From Anthoceros angustus (taxonomy: Eukaryota; Plantae; Anthocerotophyta), in assembly GCA_010909165.1 (NCBI GenBank), contig VJWM01000218.1:62001-126000 (forward strand): a stretch of DNA of 64,000 nucleotides. The letters run 5' to 3'. Under the pieces are notes generated by a model. The model was not told the origin of the DNA, did no database searches, and saw only the letters and a program-made list of their open reading frames with translations. Shown piece after piece: positions 62,960 through 64,000 of this stretch. How positions within the stretch are numbered: the stretch's first letter is position 1; every line of letters starts with the position of its first letter. A program made the position numbers and the translations under genes.

Positions 62960-64000
62960 CGCTCATCGGTGATATAACTCGATTTGATGACTGTCTCGAG
63001 AAACTCAAGATGTTTATCAGTAACACGTCTCCCACGACCAGCCACATGCTTGTTCAGCTATGTCAAGAAGTCCAATCAGCACGTCTACCGACTCTATGAG
63101 GATCCCCGACTTACATGATGAAATGTATAACAGATACTCTCTGATAGAAACTGAACATTGGAGGCTTCACCCCAAATTATTAAGTACAGTGACGTTAAAA
63201 GCAGATGCACTGACACAAAATTATTCGTGCAATTCACAAGGATGGAACCTATCAAGAGTAGAATAATCCGCCAACAGCTGCTAGGTCAACAACTTGAGAA
63301 GACCTGAGGGCCTACTGAAAGTTGAACGAGAGCAAAGAGGTCCTAATCCATAATGGACTACAAGACACTGAGGGACATTAGTCGCAGAAAACACCAGTTG
63401 GATCACCAACTCCACATACCTTTTGCAGATTGACTCCTTCCTCAAAGTACTTTTCATCCCTTCATGTAGTTTTCAAGAATCTTGTCGTGCAGGTCTGTGA
63501 TAGCTTTGTTATCAAGCCGAACGGTAAGCAAATCTACTTGGAATGACAACAATATGCATACAGGCAATAGCTCATGGAATAATGGATCGCAGCCTGCTAC
63601 CACGTCAAAATGAGTTGTTCGCACTAAGAGAAGCTTCACCCTGTCATTCCGTATTCGAAGGCGAGCTTGAGCATTAGCCAGCAGCGGCAACACATGCTCC
63701 TGCTGGTTGTTCACATTATCTTTCTACCATGAAAGAGGTAGCCAGTTCAGGACAAAACGATTTTTCAACAGCACGCATGGCATATGATAGTTGACAAGTC
63801 TTCGATGGACATAATGCAAAAATAAAAGTGAGGGCATAGTGGAAGTCACAGAGAAAGTACAGGAGCACGTGAAAGCCAAAAACATATTGTAGGAGGTCGA
63901 ACATGTCCAAAGACCTCTGCTTAGGGCGAGGAAATGTATCTGGAAGCGGAGAAATTTCAGCGCCTTTCTAAAGTTTTATTGCATACTGAGCTCCTTTGAT
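62960..64000 (-). pseudogene. Callose synthase (GSL/CalS) fragment, FKS1 domain-1 region, degenerate and 3'-truncated
   Basis: Minus-strand pieces DMFDLLQYVFGF, KDNVNNQQEHVLPLLANAQARL, KAITDLHDKILENYMK(G*) and SLYLIIWGEASNVQFLSESICYTFHH. Stop/frameshift where WCKYL is expected, and no downstream exons. Confidence 0.8.

Overview
Eukaryotic plant nuclear DNA. The very short introns (about 55-110 bp), tight gene packing and land-plant orthologues suggest a lycophyte such as Selaginella; this is inference, not proven. Left 38.5 kb: a tandem array of a ~5.3 kb unit, in error-rich long-read-type consensus. Each unit carries (i) a gene for a secreted precursor with a signal peptide and five 35-aa repeats around the core ILRAPRKPPSG(P/A)SPGNEPGMPPLDP, which resembles CLE/IDA/PIP 'SGP' peptides (5 copies in the window), (ii) a single-core pseudogene paralog cut off from its promoter by a truncated LTR element, and (iii) a duplicated piece of the last CPN20 exon that marks the duplication breakpoint. 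Three of four visible sites carry the same Ty1/copia insertion and one is empty. A Ty3/gypsy-like element with a Tf1-type self-priming signature is nested in the first copia. Right 25.5 kb: a gene-dense region with CPN20, DEAD-box helicase RH39, an NAD(P)-binding Rossmann protein, a foldback/MITE, a C-terminal RING E3 ligase, an intronless homogentisate solanesyltransferase, OEP16-3/B14.7, a BFA2-like PPR gene, two related orphan ORFs flanking a PPR pseudo-fragment, and a callose synthase pseudogene fragment. Copy number and frameshifts in the array are unreliable because of consensus errors.
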